A DNA stretch of 64,000 nucleotides, from assembly GCA_032718475.1 (NCBI GenBank), contig JAUCBJ010003082.1, positions 1 through 64,000 of the forward strand, written 5' to 3'. Each line of letters opens with the position of its first letter. Position 1 is the first letter of the stretch. The notes beneath the pieces are model-generated. The model was not told the DNA's origin. It ran no database searches and worked only from the letters and a program-made list of their open reading frames with translations. Positions 27,770 to 39,849 of this stretch are shown here, piece by piece. Origin of the DNA: Nemertoderma westbladi (taxonomy: Eukaryota > Animalia > Xenacoelomorpha). The translations under genes were made by a program, and so were the position numbers.

Positions 27770-30700
27770 TTAAGTTGGGGAGTCCCTAGATGTTTGTTGG
27801 ATTAGGGAGGTGGTCGTGGGAAGAGTATCTTGTCTCCCATAGTTTCCGGAGAGTTCTCTGTCTCTTTCCAGTAAACATAAGCGACGTCCCACTGGGCGAT
27901 TGAGCTGCTGCGTCTCGAAGACAATTCCCGGTTTCTTGAAGTTACGTCGCATGACGACGAGTTCTACCGATCGCACCAAACCGTCATCCGAGATGTGAGT
28001 CTCGATGATACGACCCGTCTGCCACCTCTTACGTGGAAGATCTACATCCACAATAAGAACCATGTCTCCAGCGCTAACGTTTTTTTGCTGCGCAAACCAC
28101 TCAGTTCGAAGTTGTAGCGTGGGCAGATAATGTTTTTCGAAATGGTCAGCGAAACGACGGGATAACAACTGCATGAGTTGCCAAGTTTGTCGGCAGTATT
28201 CGTCTCCGTCTGTGATTTCCGATTGTGGGAGCATGGCTACAGGTTTCTTCAGTAGGAAGTGCGCGGGTGTTAGCGCTTCCAGGGAATCGGGACTCGATGA
28301 GACTGGCATAAGCGGTCTCTCGTTGAGATAGGCGGCGATTTCTTCCATTAACGTCCGCAAAAGTTCGTCGGTGAGATAAGCGCGGCAAGGCACTATAAAA
28401 TGAAATGCTGTCTTCACACTTCTTATTAATCTCTCCCAACTTCCTCCCCACCAAGGGGCGTCGGCGGCGTTGAAGGTCCAACTAGACGCCGTTACTCGTA
28501 GTTGGTCGTCCACCTGTCTTTGGTTCCAATCTTTGACGTAAGCTTTGATTTCGTTGTTGGCACCAATGAAGTTTGTTCCCTTATCAGATCTCATCGTGTT
28601 ACTAGTGCCAAAGCGAGCGATCTGTCGTCGTAAGCTTAATAGAAAGCTATTGGTAGATAAATCGTTCACCATATCGAGATGGATGGCTCTACAAGTCATA
28701 CAAACAAAGATTACACACCATCTCTTGACTATAGTCCTAGCACGATATACTTCAATAGGGCCAAATAAATCCACACCGGTATTAGTAAAGGGTGGTTCAT
28801 AAAAGCTTACTCGTTCCCTAGGTAATTCTGCCTCTCTCTGTGTTAAAGGCCTACTGAATGCTTTCTTACAGGGTATACAGTTCCTAAGAACTTGGTTCAG
28901 AGCTCTACGGGGTTTATAAAAATAATAGCGAGTTCGAATTTCGCTAAGAACTCGTTCTCTACCAGCATGATAAAGTTTGCTGTGAACATCTACTATCATC
29001 TTGACTTGTATTTCAAGATTTCTAATGAGTATGGGGAACTTAGTATCAAAGGATAATGGGGCATTCGTTAACCTTCCTCCAACACGTATCAACCCATCTA
29101 TCATTGTGCTAGAGAAACGATCCCTTAAGCGCATCTGTGGATTTCTCAACAACAGGAAATACTTATCGGAATCTTCATAGCATTGTAAGAGTCTCAGCAT
29201 CTGTTTGTTGGTTTCTTCATGCTCCTGATAACTGATCTTCTCCTTCAGAAACTTGTCGGGTACCTTATATTTAGGAAGGTCTTTAATAACATGGACCTGC
29301 ACTGATGTGATTGGAGCGGTATCACCCTTTGTTTTCATCCCAGAGTAGTGATGGTGAAAACATCTCTTTAAATAGGTAACGGCCTTACAAAGCCGATTCC
29401 AGGAACTGTAGTGATGCATCGCTCTCTGCAGAAGAGGTGAGAGTCCTTGCGAGACGTCTGGTATACCAGATTTCCAATCCTTATCACGGATTTCCACAAT
29501 GGGTTTATTTGTGGCTGTGGGTTTCTGATCCAAAGCGTCGTCTCCGGAAGTATGTAGTACAGACAGATCTACTGTGGGTTTGAATAACTTCGATTTACTC
29601 GCCTGAGTTTTAGGTTTGACTTTCTCCGCTCCCTTGGCCTGTCTAATTTCTGCTGTAGTAAGATGAGGAGGCCATTCTTCTTCTTCTTGGTAGAGGAAGT
29701 CGGGTCCACCTAACCAGTCTGGAGTATCTACCAGTTCTTGTGGAGTTGCTCCCCTGGAAGCGATGTCTGCTGGATTAATCGTTCCGGGGCAATGTCTCCA
29801 TTGATCCATCGTCGTGCGACTGAGTATAATAGCTACTCTGTTGGTAACGAAGACGCTGAACTGACAGACTTCATTGGTTATATACTCCAACATGAGTAAA
29901 GCGTCGGTCCAATAGACAGTTATCTCCAGGGGATAGTCGATCTGTTCTGTTACATTCCGGCCGATGGCTGTAGCGTATAGAGCCGCTTTTAACTCCGCTC
30001 GAGAAACTTTCAACTTGTTGTTTATCAATGCCTTAGAGGTAACCAAGGCGACTTTAATTCCGTCCGGAGTTTCCACCCTTAGGTAGGCTACTATACCGAT
30101 TCCCATATCGCTGGCGTCTCCAAACACATGGAGTTGATATGAATACGTAGGGAGAACATGACCAAAATATGAACGGGAAATTATAAAATTTTCGATGGCT
30201 GGTAGAGACTCTTCCCATTTCATCCACTTCTTTAATAATTCTCCCTTAAGTGGATCGTCCCATGAGTGGTTTTCAAGCCACATTTGTTGTACTAAACTCC
30301 GAGCAATCAATATAACTGGGCTAATAAATCCCAATGGATCGAAATAAGTGCTCAGGATACTTAAACAAATCCGTTTAGTCCGAACTGGATTATCTCGCTG
30401 TTTTAATTGGAAAAACAGGATATCTCTTTCTGTGTCCCATTTCAAACCAAGGGTCTTAGTTTCTGGGAGATCATCCTTTATTAGATCTAGGTCTTTTGCT
30501 CCTCGATCTTCTACCGGGATCGACTCCAGAAACTCACGGGAGTTGCTAGTGAATTTAGTTAATCGAAATCCTCCTTTCTTTAAGCATTCTACCGTTCCTT
30601 TAGCGACCTCAATGGCTTCTTCTACTGATGGAAGGGACTTCAGATTATCGTCCATGTAGATGTCTCGTTTGATATTGTCGATCACTTCTTTAGAGAAGGC

Positions 30701-31250
30701 GTCTCGGTTGTCATCCGCAGTGGTGCGCACCACGGAACAGGCGTTTGAAGGGCTCGAGATTATCCCAAAGGCTTGGATGGTCATCCAGTATTCCACAGGT
30801 TTCTTATTGAGGTCTCCTTCAGGCCACCACAAAAATCGTAGGCTATCTCGATCCCTATCCAGCGCTTTGACTTGTAAGAACATGCCTTCTATATCTGAGG
30901 CGAAAGCAATGGAGTATTGTCTTAATCTTAATAGTATTCCCAACAAGGATTGGAGTAAGTTGGGTCCGGGTAACAATTCAGAATTAAGAGATTGGCCCAT
31001 ATAAAGGGCGGAACCGTCAAACACCACTCGTACTTCATGGGGTTTACCGGGTTTGGGAACGTAATGGTGAGTTAAGTAATACGTTCTCTCAGTTATAGGG
31101 GTTTCTTCCGGTACTAGCTCCGCATATCCCTTGCTAATAAACTTCTTCAACTGTGTTTGATACATTTCTTTAGCTGAAGAATTTGCCGTAAGGCGTCGAT
31201 GTAGTTGAGCAATTCTTTTCTCCGCCAAAGGTCTGTTGTTAATGAACTTG
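27770..31250 (-). CDS. BEL/Pao pol: reverse transcriptase, RNase H and integrase (out of frame with upstream gag-PR)
   Basis: RT motifs RVVFDGS, LLPGPNLLQ, SDIEGMFLQV and YMDD; RNase H LHVFGDAS, AELKAA, WTD and NPADIASRG; integrase zinc finger H..H..CIPC, GVDLFGP, RSDKGTNF and WWGGSWERLI. Confidence 0.93.
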
Positions 31251-34200
31251 GGAAAGGAAGTCCGATTTCATACCTACCTTGATCTTTAAGAAAACGAGTA
31301 GTTGTCGCTTGGATCTGCTTGGCTCTTTCTTCCTCCACCGATAGGGCCTTATCGTAGGAGTTGGGCTCTACGACCTCTTGAGTAAAGAATCTCACGGCGT
31401 GTTCATCCCGAGTCTTGGCATTATAACGTTCAATGACGTCATTAAGCTCGTCGTTATAGTCGTCTCGCTCGGATGGGAGAAGGAGTTGACATAAGTTCAC
31501 TTGATTTTGCCAAGTCTCGCTTTCCTTAAGGAGATCGATGGCATTCTCCTCATCGAAAAGTTGATATATATCGTCGTTGTCTGAGGAGTATGGAGTTCCC
31601 TCAGTTGGATCGTCGAACTCACTGTTCTCAACTTCCCATTCTCGCACTTGATATACCTGATCTTTCGGTAATCTTTCCATGAGAGTTCTACGGGAAGGGC
31701 CAGTAAAGTACCAACCTACTCTAGTTCTTACCGCATAGGTTTGTAGTGGCTGCGGTTGAGCAGGCCGTTTCTCCAATGTCTCGAGCGCCTCATGCGCGTT
31801 TTGGCCGATGAGTATTGGCACTCCAGGATAATCAGTCTGGAATCGAGGTATCTTAAGATGTTGGATGCTCTCATCCTCGTCCCAATTATAAAGGTCTGCT
31901 TGAGTAGTAGCGAAGTTTTTTATAGCCACCATTTTCACTGACCTTATGCTATGTTCTCCTAGTTCGTCCTGGGGGGTGGACAATGCACCTACATAATAAT
32001 CCGCTGTTACTGTAGATTTCCAAACCTGCATAATCCCTGACATGTTTAGCTTAGTTCGGAACTTGGGTTGTCCAGCGAATATGTCTTCGGCTAGCTCTTT
32101 GTCGATGAATGTTCCTGTACTACCGGAGTCAAGGAGGGCGTTCACTACATAACTCCTTTTTGGTCCGTGGACCCTTACCTGTACCACAGGAAATTCTCTA
32201 ATCCCTACATTGGAAGTTGGCGCTTTCCAAAATGGTTGTTGATCAGAAATAGTTAGGGTAAGGTCGCTGTCCGTATCCTTTTCATACGTGAGTGCTCGAT
32301 ACACTGTGGTATTTATCGTGTAACAGGATTCGTTTTCATCGGAGAACTCGTCTGTATAGAATCCTTCCATCTCAGATTGATCAGTGTCGTTCATATCACT
32401 GAATTGGACATGTAGTTCGGAATCACTTACCTGACTCGGACTATTTCGCTCGAATTCAGTGTGCAACAAGATATGATGTTTCGCACCGCACTTGGCACAT
32501 CTTGTGTCAGAGTAACAGGTTCGCCGTTGGTGTCCTTGTCTGAGGCAATTATAACACAACCGCTTATCCCACATGACTTCACGTCTCTCAGTTAATGATT
32601 TCTTTAGGAATTCATCACACATATTCAAGCGATGGGTCCCATCACATAGCGCACATTTCGGTTTGATGTTACTTACCTTACTCTGAGTAACATTGTGTAC
32701 ACTTGTTTTTTCTTCGTGCTTTCTCACCTGAATTCTCTTGGGAGACGTAGGAGGAGTTTTTCTTACCTGTTCTCTCCTGTCATTGGTTCGAGACTTGAAT
32801 TTACTTACCTGATCTTTAGGCATTTTATTGACGTAATAAGATCTGTCAGTGTCTTTCCCGCTATCCTCTCCTTGAGAAGTCTGGCTTTCGCCGTCGTCTG
32901 TATAACACACTGGTGTTACCTTTCTCCTAGAGACGGGTTTTTCACTTACCTTGTTTTCCGGTGTCTTCTCTCTGGACAGTTTTAGGAGCTGTAATTTCAC
33001 TTCTCCATCTAGGAATGACATGAGATCAGCCATGGTAGGGTCTCGTCGTTGTTGTTCCATCATATATAACACTTTCTTATCCCAGCGTGTACCTACTCCA
33101 CCTTTCGGTAAAGTAGAAGCCACTGCTCTAATAACCATAGCATTCTGATACTCATGAGACTTACCTAGCCAATCTAATTGTCTGCAGATCTCCTGAATTT
33201 CATCGGAAAACTCTATAATTCCGCTGCTAATAAACTTTCGGGGCGCTACCAACTTTGCATACAAATACCCAGCTATGTTATTCCTATTACCATACCTGAT
33301 GTTTAGTGTATCCCAAACTTGTCTTAATCCGTCAGGATGTCCAATAAACTTTAACGCCATTAACTTGGGAGATCCTTCCAAGCACTCGATGAGGAATCTA
33401 AGTTTCTCTCCATTAGATAGCACAGAGTTCTGTATGTTATCTTTGTAATATTCATTAAAAGGTAACCATTTCATCTCATCTCCATTGAACTTGACGATCT
33501 CTCCCACCTTTACCGCTTGCCGGGCTTCGGTTCTAGCCATTTGACGCGTAAAACTTTCTTGGGCCATCATGTTATTTAATATCGAGTTATCGGTATATAA
33601 ATTTCTCGGATTATGATCCGGTCTATAGGGAATATCATTATCAACAGGTCTATAATTACCCTTAATAGGGTTCACTATAGGAGTTTCTACTTCGCTAGCA
33701 GTATAGATGCGTGTAGGCTCCACACCCTGCGCATGAGATACTTCAGACCTAACAGGTTGACACATTGTTACAGGGGGTGGTGGTATACCCCTTTGTGTAT
33801 TTACTAATTTATCGCGTTCAAGCGCGATACTTTGCTGCACTTCTTGCAACTCTAGCCTACTTTCCCTTACTGTGCCCTTGAATTGCTGAACGGTCTCCTG
33901 CATCTGTCCGAGCAGGAGATCCATCCCCCGTCGTCTCTCATCCACCCATTCGACCGCCGAAGCGGGATTCGCCAACGTTGTAGCGGGCGGACGAGGGACA
34001 ACGGGCGACAAATCATGAATATTTCGCTCGGAGTCCAGGGCATGAACTGTCTCATGGGCTGTTCTGCTGGGCACAGGTAGCTTGGTACTGTGCAAAGGGA
34101 GTTTAGAGGTAGGTTCAGGGAGCACAGGTGTCTCTATCACCGAAGGGGTGATTTCAAGAACAGGCCTAATTATTTCAGGCTCATCTACTATAGTAGGGAG

Positions 34201-35877
34201 TCTTTCTATTGTAATTATTTGGTCTGTGGGTTCTGTACTACCTAAGTTGGTGTTATTTAGTTGCCTTCTAACAGCTGGAGGCAAATCAGGCAATTTCTGA
34301 CGGTGGGATGTTCTTTTACGTCTGCTTAGGTGAGATCTATTTCCTTTGCCTTCAGTATCGGTGGTATCGCCTTCTTCAGATGATGTATATCCCTGTCTTT
34401 TGGGAGTAGATCGATTCATCATCTGCATATTACTAGCTGTTAACTGTTTATTTATGCAGTCTTGATTCTCCTGAATATTTTCCAGTTCTAATTGGGCAAT
34501 CTCTTCAGCCGCTATCCGCTCCGCTTCTGCCGCTGCCCTTGCCGCTTTTCTTTCCATTTCGGCTGCTTTTCTTTTCGCTTCTGCCTCTGCCGCTGCCGCT
34601 TTTCTTTCCGCTTCTGCCTCTGCAGCTGCCGCTTTTCTTTCCGCTTCTGCCTCTGCAGCTGCCGCTTTTCTTTCGGCTTCTGCAGCTGCTACTGCTGCTT
34701 TCTTTCTGTCTTCTATGCGTTTCTTCTTCACCCTTTCTTCTTGGTCTCTAGTGATGCGGAGTTGTTCATCGAATTTAGCTTGGTTCGCCGCTAACCTATC
34801 CACATCAATTGCGTCCAACACACGCTGGGCTCCTTCACTATTAGGGCTAAGTCCATCTAGCCTTCTCCTCAACTCTTCATCTCCCAAAAAACGCTGATAG
34901 TCTGACAGATAGATGTCAATGGCATCCCTCTTATGCGGTTTCTCTGCCGTCGCTTCACTTTCCACTTGGGAAAAAGTAGCGTCTGTTGATTCTCCATGGG
35001 TTGAGCGCTCCTCCAGCTGAGCTTTCCACTGAGCTGTTCCTTGAACCTGGAGACTCACCCGTTGAAACCAAGTCTTTACGGCAACTTGCAACGACGTGTC
35101 TTGTCTTCTTTTAGAAGCCTCTTCAAAGGCCGATAAGATTAGCCTAATTCGCAGAATTCTTTCTCTAACTTGATAAAGCAGTTGTCCCTGCTCTTGAGGT
35201 CCTTGAGGTTGTTGAAACAGTTGTTCTTTTACTCGCTCCATAGAGCTGAGGAATCCCTGTGCGTATCCGGCTGCGGACCTCTTCCACACAGCTGGATCGA
35301 TGGTTTCCTTGGCTACTCCCATCCGGTGTATGTCTTCCCAGGCAGCTTCTGATAAATCAAACGGGAGTCCGGGTCCGGGGAAGTTCCATTGCGACTCGAC
35401 CATAGACTTCAGTTCTTCCCTTGTGTATCCCTCATAACTATCTTTAGTTGATCGCTTACTTCTCGCCCAATCGATCTGGTGTTCTTCCACCGCGATCAAT
35501 AACCTAGTGAGTACGGCTGCAGGAAGGATGAGAAGGGGATCCGAATAAACCGCATCCGTCATCTTTGCTCCGCGCTCGGGTGTCAGCTCTACAGTATCCT
35601 CACTACTGGAGCTGTTGGGCCGCTGAGAAATAAGTTCTTGGCTCGCGGGTTGTTGCTGTTCCGCTGCTTCTTGGTCCCGCTTGACCTGGGCTCGAGTGCC
35701 TATGATAGACCTACGATGTTGGACCAGCCTAGGTTCTGTTATTACTACTGGAGGGATGACCTTCCTCACAGTGGGAGGTGAACTGAACTTAGGTGTAGAC
35801 GGTTCTACACCCTTATCTGAGTCGCAGATAGTTGCATCTAATAAACTGTCTGACAGGTTCTGCTTAGTATCAGACAT
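31147..35877 (-). CDS. BEL/Pao gag-protease polyprotein
   Basis: KFNGDEMKWLPF gag core; CALCDGTHRLNMC / CYNCLRQGHQRRTC / CAKCGAKHHILLH knuckles; aspartic protease ALLDSGST; GRYEIGLPF just before the frameshift. First ATG at 35877. Confidence 0.92.
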   Translation of the reverse strand: MSDTKQNLSDSLLDATICDSDKGVEPSTPKFSSPPTVRKVIPPVVITEPRLVQHRRSIIGTRAQVKRDQEAAEQQQPASQELISQRPNSSSSEDTVELTPERGAKMTDAVYSDPLLILPAAVLTRLLIAVEEHQIDWARSKRSTKDSYEGYTREELKSMVESQWNFPGPGLPFDLSEAAWEDIHRMGVAKETIDPAVWKRSAAGYAQGFLSSMERVKEQLFQQPQGPQEQGQLLYQVRERILRIRLILSAFEEASKRRQDTSLQVAVKTWFQRVSLQVQGTAQWKAQLEERSTHGESTDATFSQVESEATAEKPHKRDAIDIYLSDYQRFLGDEELRRRLDGLSPNSEGAQRVLDAIDVDRLAANQAKFDEQLRITRDQEERVKKKRIEDRKKAAVAAAEAERKAAAAEAEAERKAAAAEAEAERKAAAAEAEAKRKAAEMERKAARAAAEAERIAAEEIAQLELENIQENQDCINKQLTASNMQMMNRSTPKRQGYTSSEEGDTTDTEGKGNRSHLSRRKRTSHRQKLPDLPPAVRRQLNNTNLGSTEPTDQIITIERLPTIVDEPEIIRPVLEITPSVIETPVLPEPTSKLPLHSTKLPVPSRTAHETVHALDSERNIHDLSPVVPRPPATTLANPASAVEWVDERRRGMDLLLGQMQETVQQFKGTVRESRLELQEVQQSIALERDKLVNTQRGIPPPPVTMCQPVRSEVSHAQGVEPTRIYTASEVETPIVNPIKGNYRPVDNDIPYRPDHNPRNLYTDNSILNNMMAQESFTRQMARTEARQAVKVGEIVKFNGDEMKWLPFNEYYKDNIQNSVLSNGEKLRFLIECLEGSPKLMALKFIGHPDGLRQVWDTLNIRYGNRNNIAGYLYAKLVAPRKFISSGIIEFSDEIQEICRQLDWLGKSHEYQNAMVIRAVASTLPKGGVGTRWDKKVLYMMEQQRRDPTMADLMSFLDGEVKLQLLKLSREKTPENKVSEKPVSRRKVTPVCYTDDGESQTSQGEDSGKDTDRSYYVNKMPKDQVSKFKSRTNDRREQVRKTPPTSPKRIQVRKHEEKTSVHNVTQSKVSNIKPKCALCDGTHRLNMCDEFLKKSLTERREVMWDKRLCYNCLRQGHQRRTCYSDTRCAKCGAKHHILLHTEFERNSPSQVSDSELHVQFSDMNDTDQSEMEGFYTDEFSDENESCYTINTTVYRALTYEKDTDSDLTLTISDQQPFWKAPTSNVGIREFPVVQVRVHGPKRSYVVNALLDSGSTGTFIDKELAEDIFAGQPKFRTKLNMSGIMQVWKSTVTADYYVGALSTPQDELGEHSIRSVKMVAIKNFATTQADLYNWDEDESIQHLKIPRFQTDYPGVPILIGQNAHEALETLEKRPAQPQPLQTYAVRTRVGWYFTGPSRRTLMERLPKDQVYQVREWEVENSEFDDPTEGTPYSSDNDDIYQLFDEENAIDLLKESETWQNQVNLCQLLLPSERDDYNDELNDVIERYNAKTRDEHAVRFFTQEVVEPNSYDKALSVEEERAKQIQATTTRFLKDQGRYEIGLPFPSSLTTDLWRRKELLNYIDALRQILQLKKCIKHS

Positions 35878-37220
35878 ATTTGTGTGCACAGTTGAATGCC
35901 TACTGTTATATTATAGCCTAAGCAAGTCTAGTAATTCAGTATTAACTGCTAGCCTAGTAATTAATTACCGATACTGCTACTCAGTGTAGCGTGATATATA
36001 TATAATATTAGAATACCGGTATGCTTATAGTATATATAAGTATTATTAGTAACTAGAATTAATTACAGAATACCGGTATGATTTCAGCCTAAGTTTATAT
36101 ATATAATAGGCCTATCTTGAATACCGGTATATAGCTTACACTTATGATGTGTATATATAAGTATAATTACAGACTAGAATTAATTACAGAATACCGGTAT
36201 AATTTCAACCTATATTTATAAATATAATAGGCCTATCGTAAATACCGGTATACCAATTATTTTAGAATAATTGAATTTCTGAATTTTAAGGGTTACTTGG
36301 TTACTTTAACTTACTTTATTGCCGTTATTTAAGCAGTAGTCCAACTGATATTGAGACCTAATTGTTATATGGCAGGCCTACTATTTATAAATCGTTTGAG
36401 TTGATTTATAATATATATATACCCGTTTAATGGGTTTTGTCAATGTTTGAAATAAATGTTATTATTTCTGGGGGGAGTCACTACACAGAAGCTGTGCGCT
36501 CTCAGTGGAGTGCTACTTGTTAGACACTAAAACAAATAATTCTAATTTACCTAAGTTACTTAATACTACAAATTACGTACAATTCGGGTTGAGATTACAA
36601 TCTCTAAATAAACACAAAAAATTTTATTACAAATACACAAATACGAATTTTTAGGGTAATTTTACAAGAAGTCTACTAACCAGCCTAACAATGGGTTAGA
36701 ATATCTGGTTATTACAACGGACAGGTTACTACGGTATTTGAAAATAATAAGTAGTAGTAAATATACTGTGTTGTCCAGATAGGAAAATACCACCGCCTGA
36801 CGACCTATAACCGTATCGCTATAGGTACTACGTTATGTATCACGGAGTGTCCCTACCTAGAAGTTAATTACCGCGGTCTACCAGAACCAACGTGCCTATT
36901 AACCACTTTACAACACAAATACACTGCCTACACACTAATTGCTTTCGGAAAGCACTGTACACTAAACCCTAAATTAGGTACAAGTACTTGTATAACAAAT
37001 AATTAGTAGTTAAAAATACTTGAACAGCTAAAAGAACCACGGTATCTGCCGGAGTGACCAAAGCATAAAATCTCCAGTCTTTACCTACGCCGAGCAGCCC
37101 TGATGTAGTACCGGGGTTAGTTTAACTATAACGGTATGTATAACAAACACAATTACTGTAGGAATAAACTTGGGGATATGAATATTGCGAATAATCGCAT
37201 AAACTCTGAATAATAAATAT

Positions 37221-37790
37221 TACGCTACGCGTACAAACTACTCAAACAAAATGCAGACCAAATACTGACAGACTACTATCAAGCCTAAACAAACTACGGT
37301 ATATGCAGACTCCGAAATGATTAGTTAGTATGCGTTCTAACCCAGTAGTACGACTTATTCTTTCACAGGGGGTTTACCTCACAGCACTTGAAGCCCCTAC
37401 TTTCCTAACTTAGCACTTTATCGGACAGATGCTCTACACACACCGAAATTTCCTCAAACCCAACAACAGCCAGACAACTATCCAGCCTACAAATTATCTA
37501 AATAAAATTATACGCTACCCGTACAGACTACACAAACAAAGTACAGACCAAACGATGGCAGACTACTATCAGGCCTAAATAAACCACAGGACATGCAGAC
37601 TCCGAAATGGTTAAGTAGTATGCGTTCTAACCCAGTAGTACGACTTATTCTTTAGATGGGGGTTTACCTTACAGCTATGGCTGCCCCTACTTCCTAACCG
37701 TTCTTTATCGGACATACACTCTACATGCACTGCAATCCGTTCAGACCTAATCAACAGTTAGCCAACAGTCAAGCCTACAAATTATCTGTA
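37221..37790. repeat. Two diverged ~290-bp tandem copies in the retrotransposon 5' leader
   Basis: TACGCTAC(G/C)CGTACA...GACTCCGAAATG...CCCAGTAGTACGACTTATTCTTT...GCCTACAAATTATCT occurs at ~37221 and ~37511. Confidence 0.85.
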
Positions 37791-38068
37791 CAATCTGAGC
37801 AGGCTTACACGCCTTCTGCTCAATACTGGCCTACAAATAAATAAAACTGACAGAAATAGGCCTAAGTAAAATCCCAATAAAAACCAGGCGTCCCCGATTA
37901 ATTATTAAGACCTACCGGCATATAATAATCAAATCGAATAATACTGCTGTACCTGTACTGTTGTAGGTACCGGTCCGGATGATCAGGCAGTCAGGCCTAC
38001 TGGTTACCGGTCGACCGGTACTTTCGACTAGATTGCTTACACCGCAATCCAGAAGCTATATCTGTTAT

Positions 38069-38264
38069 TGTTTGCGCTTTTAAGACCTTTGACAGTTTAA
38101 CCTGCCAAATTAGGATGTCTTTTGGATGATATATATTCTTTAGCTTATGACGAGTATTTGATACACTACATTAGCCGAAGCCAGTCTATGCGCAATCATT
38201 CACCCGCTGGATATACCCGGGAGACTGAGTTCGGAGCTTAATGATTGATGGTGTAAGCCTACCG
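38069..38264 (-). repeat. 5' LTR remnant (196 bp)
   Basis: Direct repeat of 23690-23885; lacks a TG start on the element strand and abuts the minisatellite with no clear TSD. Confidence 0.88.
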
Positions 38265-39849
38265 AGTGGCGTTTGGGTAAGGTAGAATGCCGTTTGAGTG
38301 GCGTTTGGGTATGTTAGCATGTGTGGTAGTGGAAAATATTGAAGTAATTAAATGACAGACTGAATTTAATTTGACTTAAATGCAATGGGCCATTATTTGT
38401 ATTTTTAACCCTGTTGAAAATTATTAATTCAGACTATTTTAATTGCAAAATTATATTATATTAAGAAATTTACTGTTTAAATTTACTTGCACATGCCTTA
38501 AACCACCAAGCCACTGAACTTACCAATGGAGATATTTCCAGTGACCATACCATGGACCAATCGCAGGAGACATCTACCTTCTCACCTGTGACACCTTCAC
38601 AAGTGCAATGTGGGCAGTGCTGAAAGGCTATGCAACCAATACAGAACCAAACTACTATGTTTGTATGTTGGATGGGCTAAATTTCTAGCATCAATAAGCT
38701 AAACTTGGAACCACCATTATACTATCAGCTGGCTATGATGCCACTACTGCTCAAATTTTGGGGCCCCTTGGAAGGTGGAGCCAGGGGCCGTCCCCCCCCT
38801 CTGCACGCCACTGCACGTTTCGGAAACAAGCTACAGTTCGTCGCAGCCCCAAATGAAAAAAAATTAACAAAACGAAACATTAAAAAAAATTATTATACTT
38901 TGAAAAAAATTTCCCGATTTTTTCCCGAATTCCCAAAGAATAGGATATCTCCGGGTAGTAACTAAAGAGAGAGGTGAGGTTTCCCAGAGAGGTCTATTTT
39001 CGAGCAAAAGTCGGTACCCACTGGTACGCCATCGCCATCCTGTCCCAACTTCGCAGCGGTTTTGTGTCGATGGTCCAAAAGTGGCCATGCAGTAGTGCTT
39101 TTTTTCTGACCTTCGTCCTGGAACCCCACACAGCCAGGTACTATACACCGGCTTTCATTGCAGTAAAGAAAAGTGTAGGCGCCGTATATCCGCGGTATAA
39201 TCAGTTTTCATTTCAGATCTAGCTCCTCTACTAATTTATTATGCCCTATATTAATTAAATAAAACACGGCAAAGATAGGTGGAATATTCTGATATTCAAT
39301 TAAAGGGATATTGTGTTAGAGAAATTGTGATAGGCAAAACAGAAGTAGGCCTAAGCAGCTAGGCTTGTACAGTCTGCAGTCTGACAGTTGTTGCTGAATT
39401 GCATCGGATCGGACCGCATCTGACATATAATTCTACCTGAAAGGATATTAATTATTTTCTAGTATAAGATTTAAATAATTATACTTAAAAGTTATACAGC
39501 TGTAATCCCCATACACCATTCCATTATAGTTTTTAATTAGTTCAAGAGATTTGCTTTAAGAAATGTGTTTTTAATGGATCTAAACGTAATTAAGTTAAAA
39601 TGCATTCCATCACTCTATACTTCCAGCCTCATCATTCCTTGGCATTCTTGATATTGCCTAGATGGGAAACATTACAATCATCCTCCCACTGCTGCACTGA
39701 GCTTGCTCTATCTTACACAATCTGACAATGATTGGCTGAATTTAATCAGTTAATGGTGATTCTTATTTCGCTACTACAGTACTAGGCCTATCTATGTACG
39801 GATGTATTACTGTCTGACTTTATTACTGTATTAAATGCCTGTATGCTGG

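Larger units (their letters stand above)
23690..38264 (-). mobile_element. BEL/Pao (Belpaoviridae) LTR retrotransposon, ~14.6 kb
   Basis: gag-PR-RT-RH-IN order, triple zinc knuckle, identical 196-bp direct repeats at both ends, and the same minisatellite on both flanks. Confidence 0.93.

Noticed and set aside
38755-38815. Solo transposon-like end (...CTGCACGCCACTG)
   Set aside because: No partner TIR or TSD was found nearby, so no element could be delimited.
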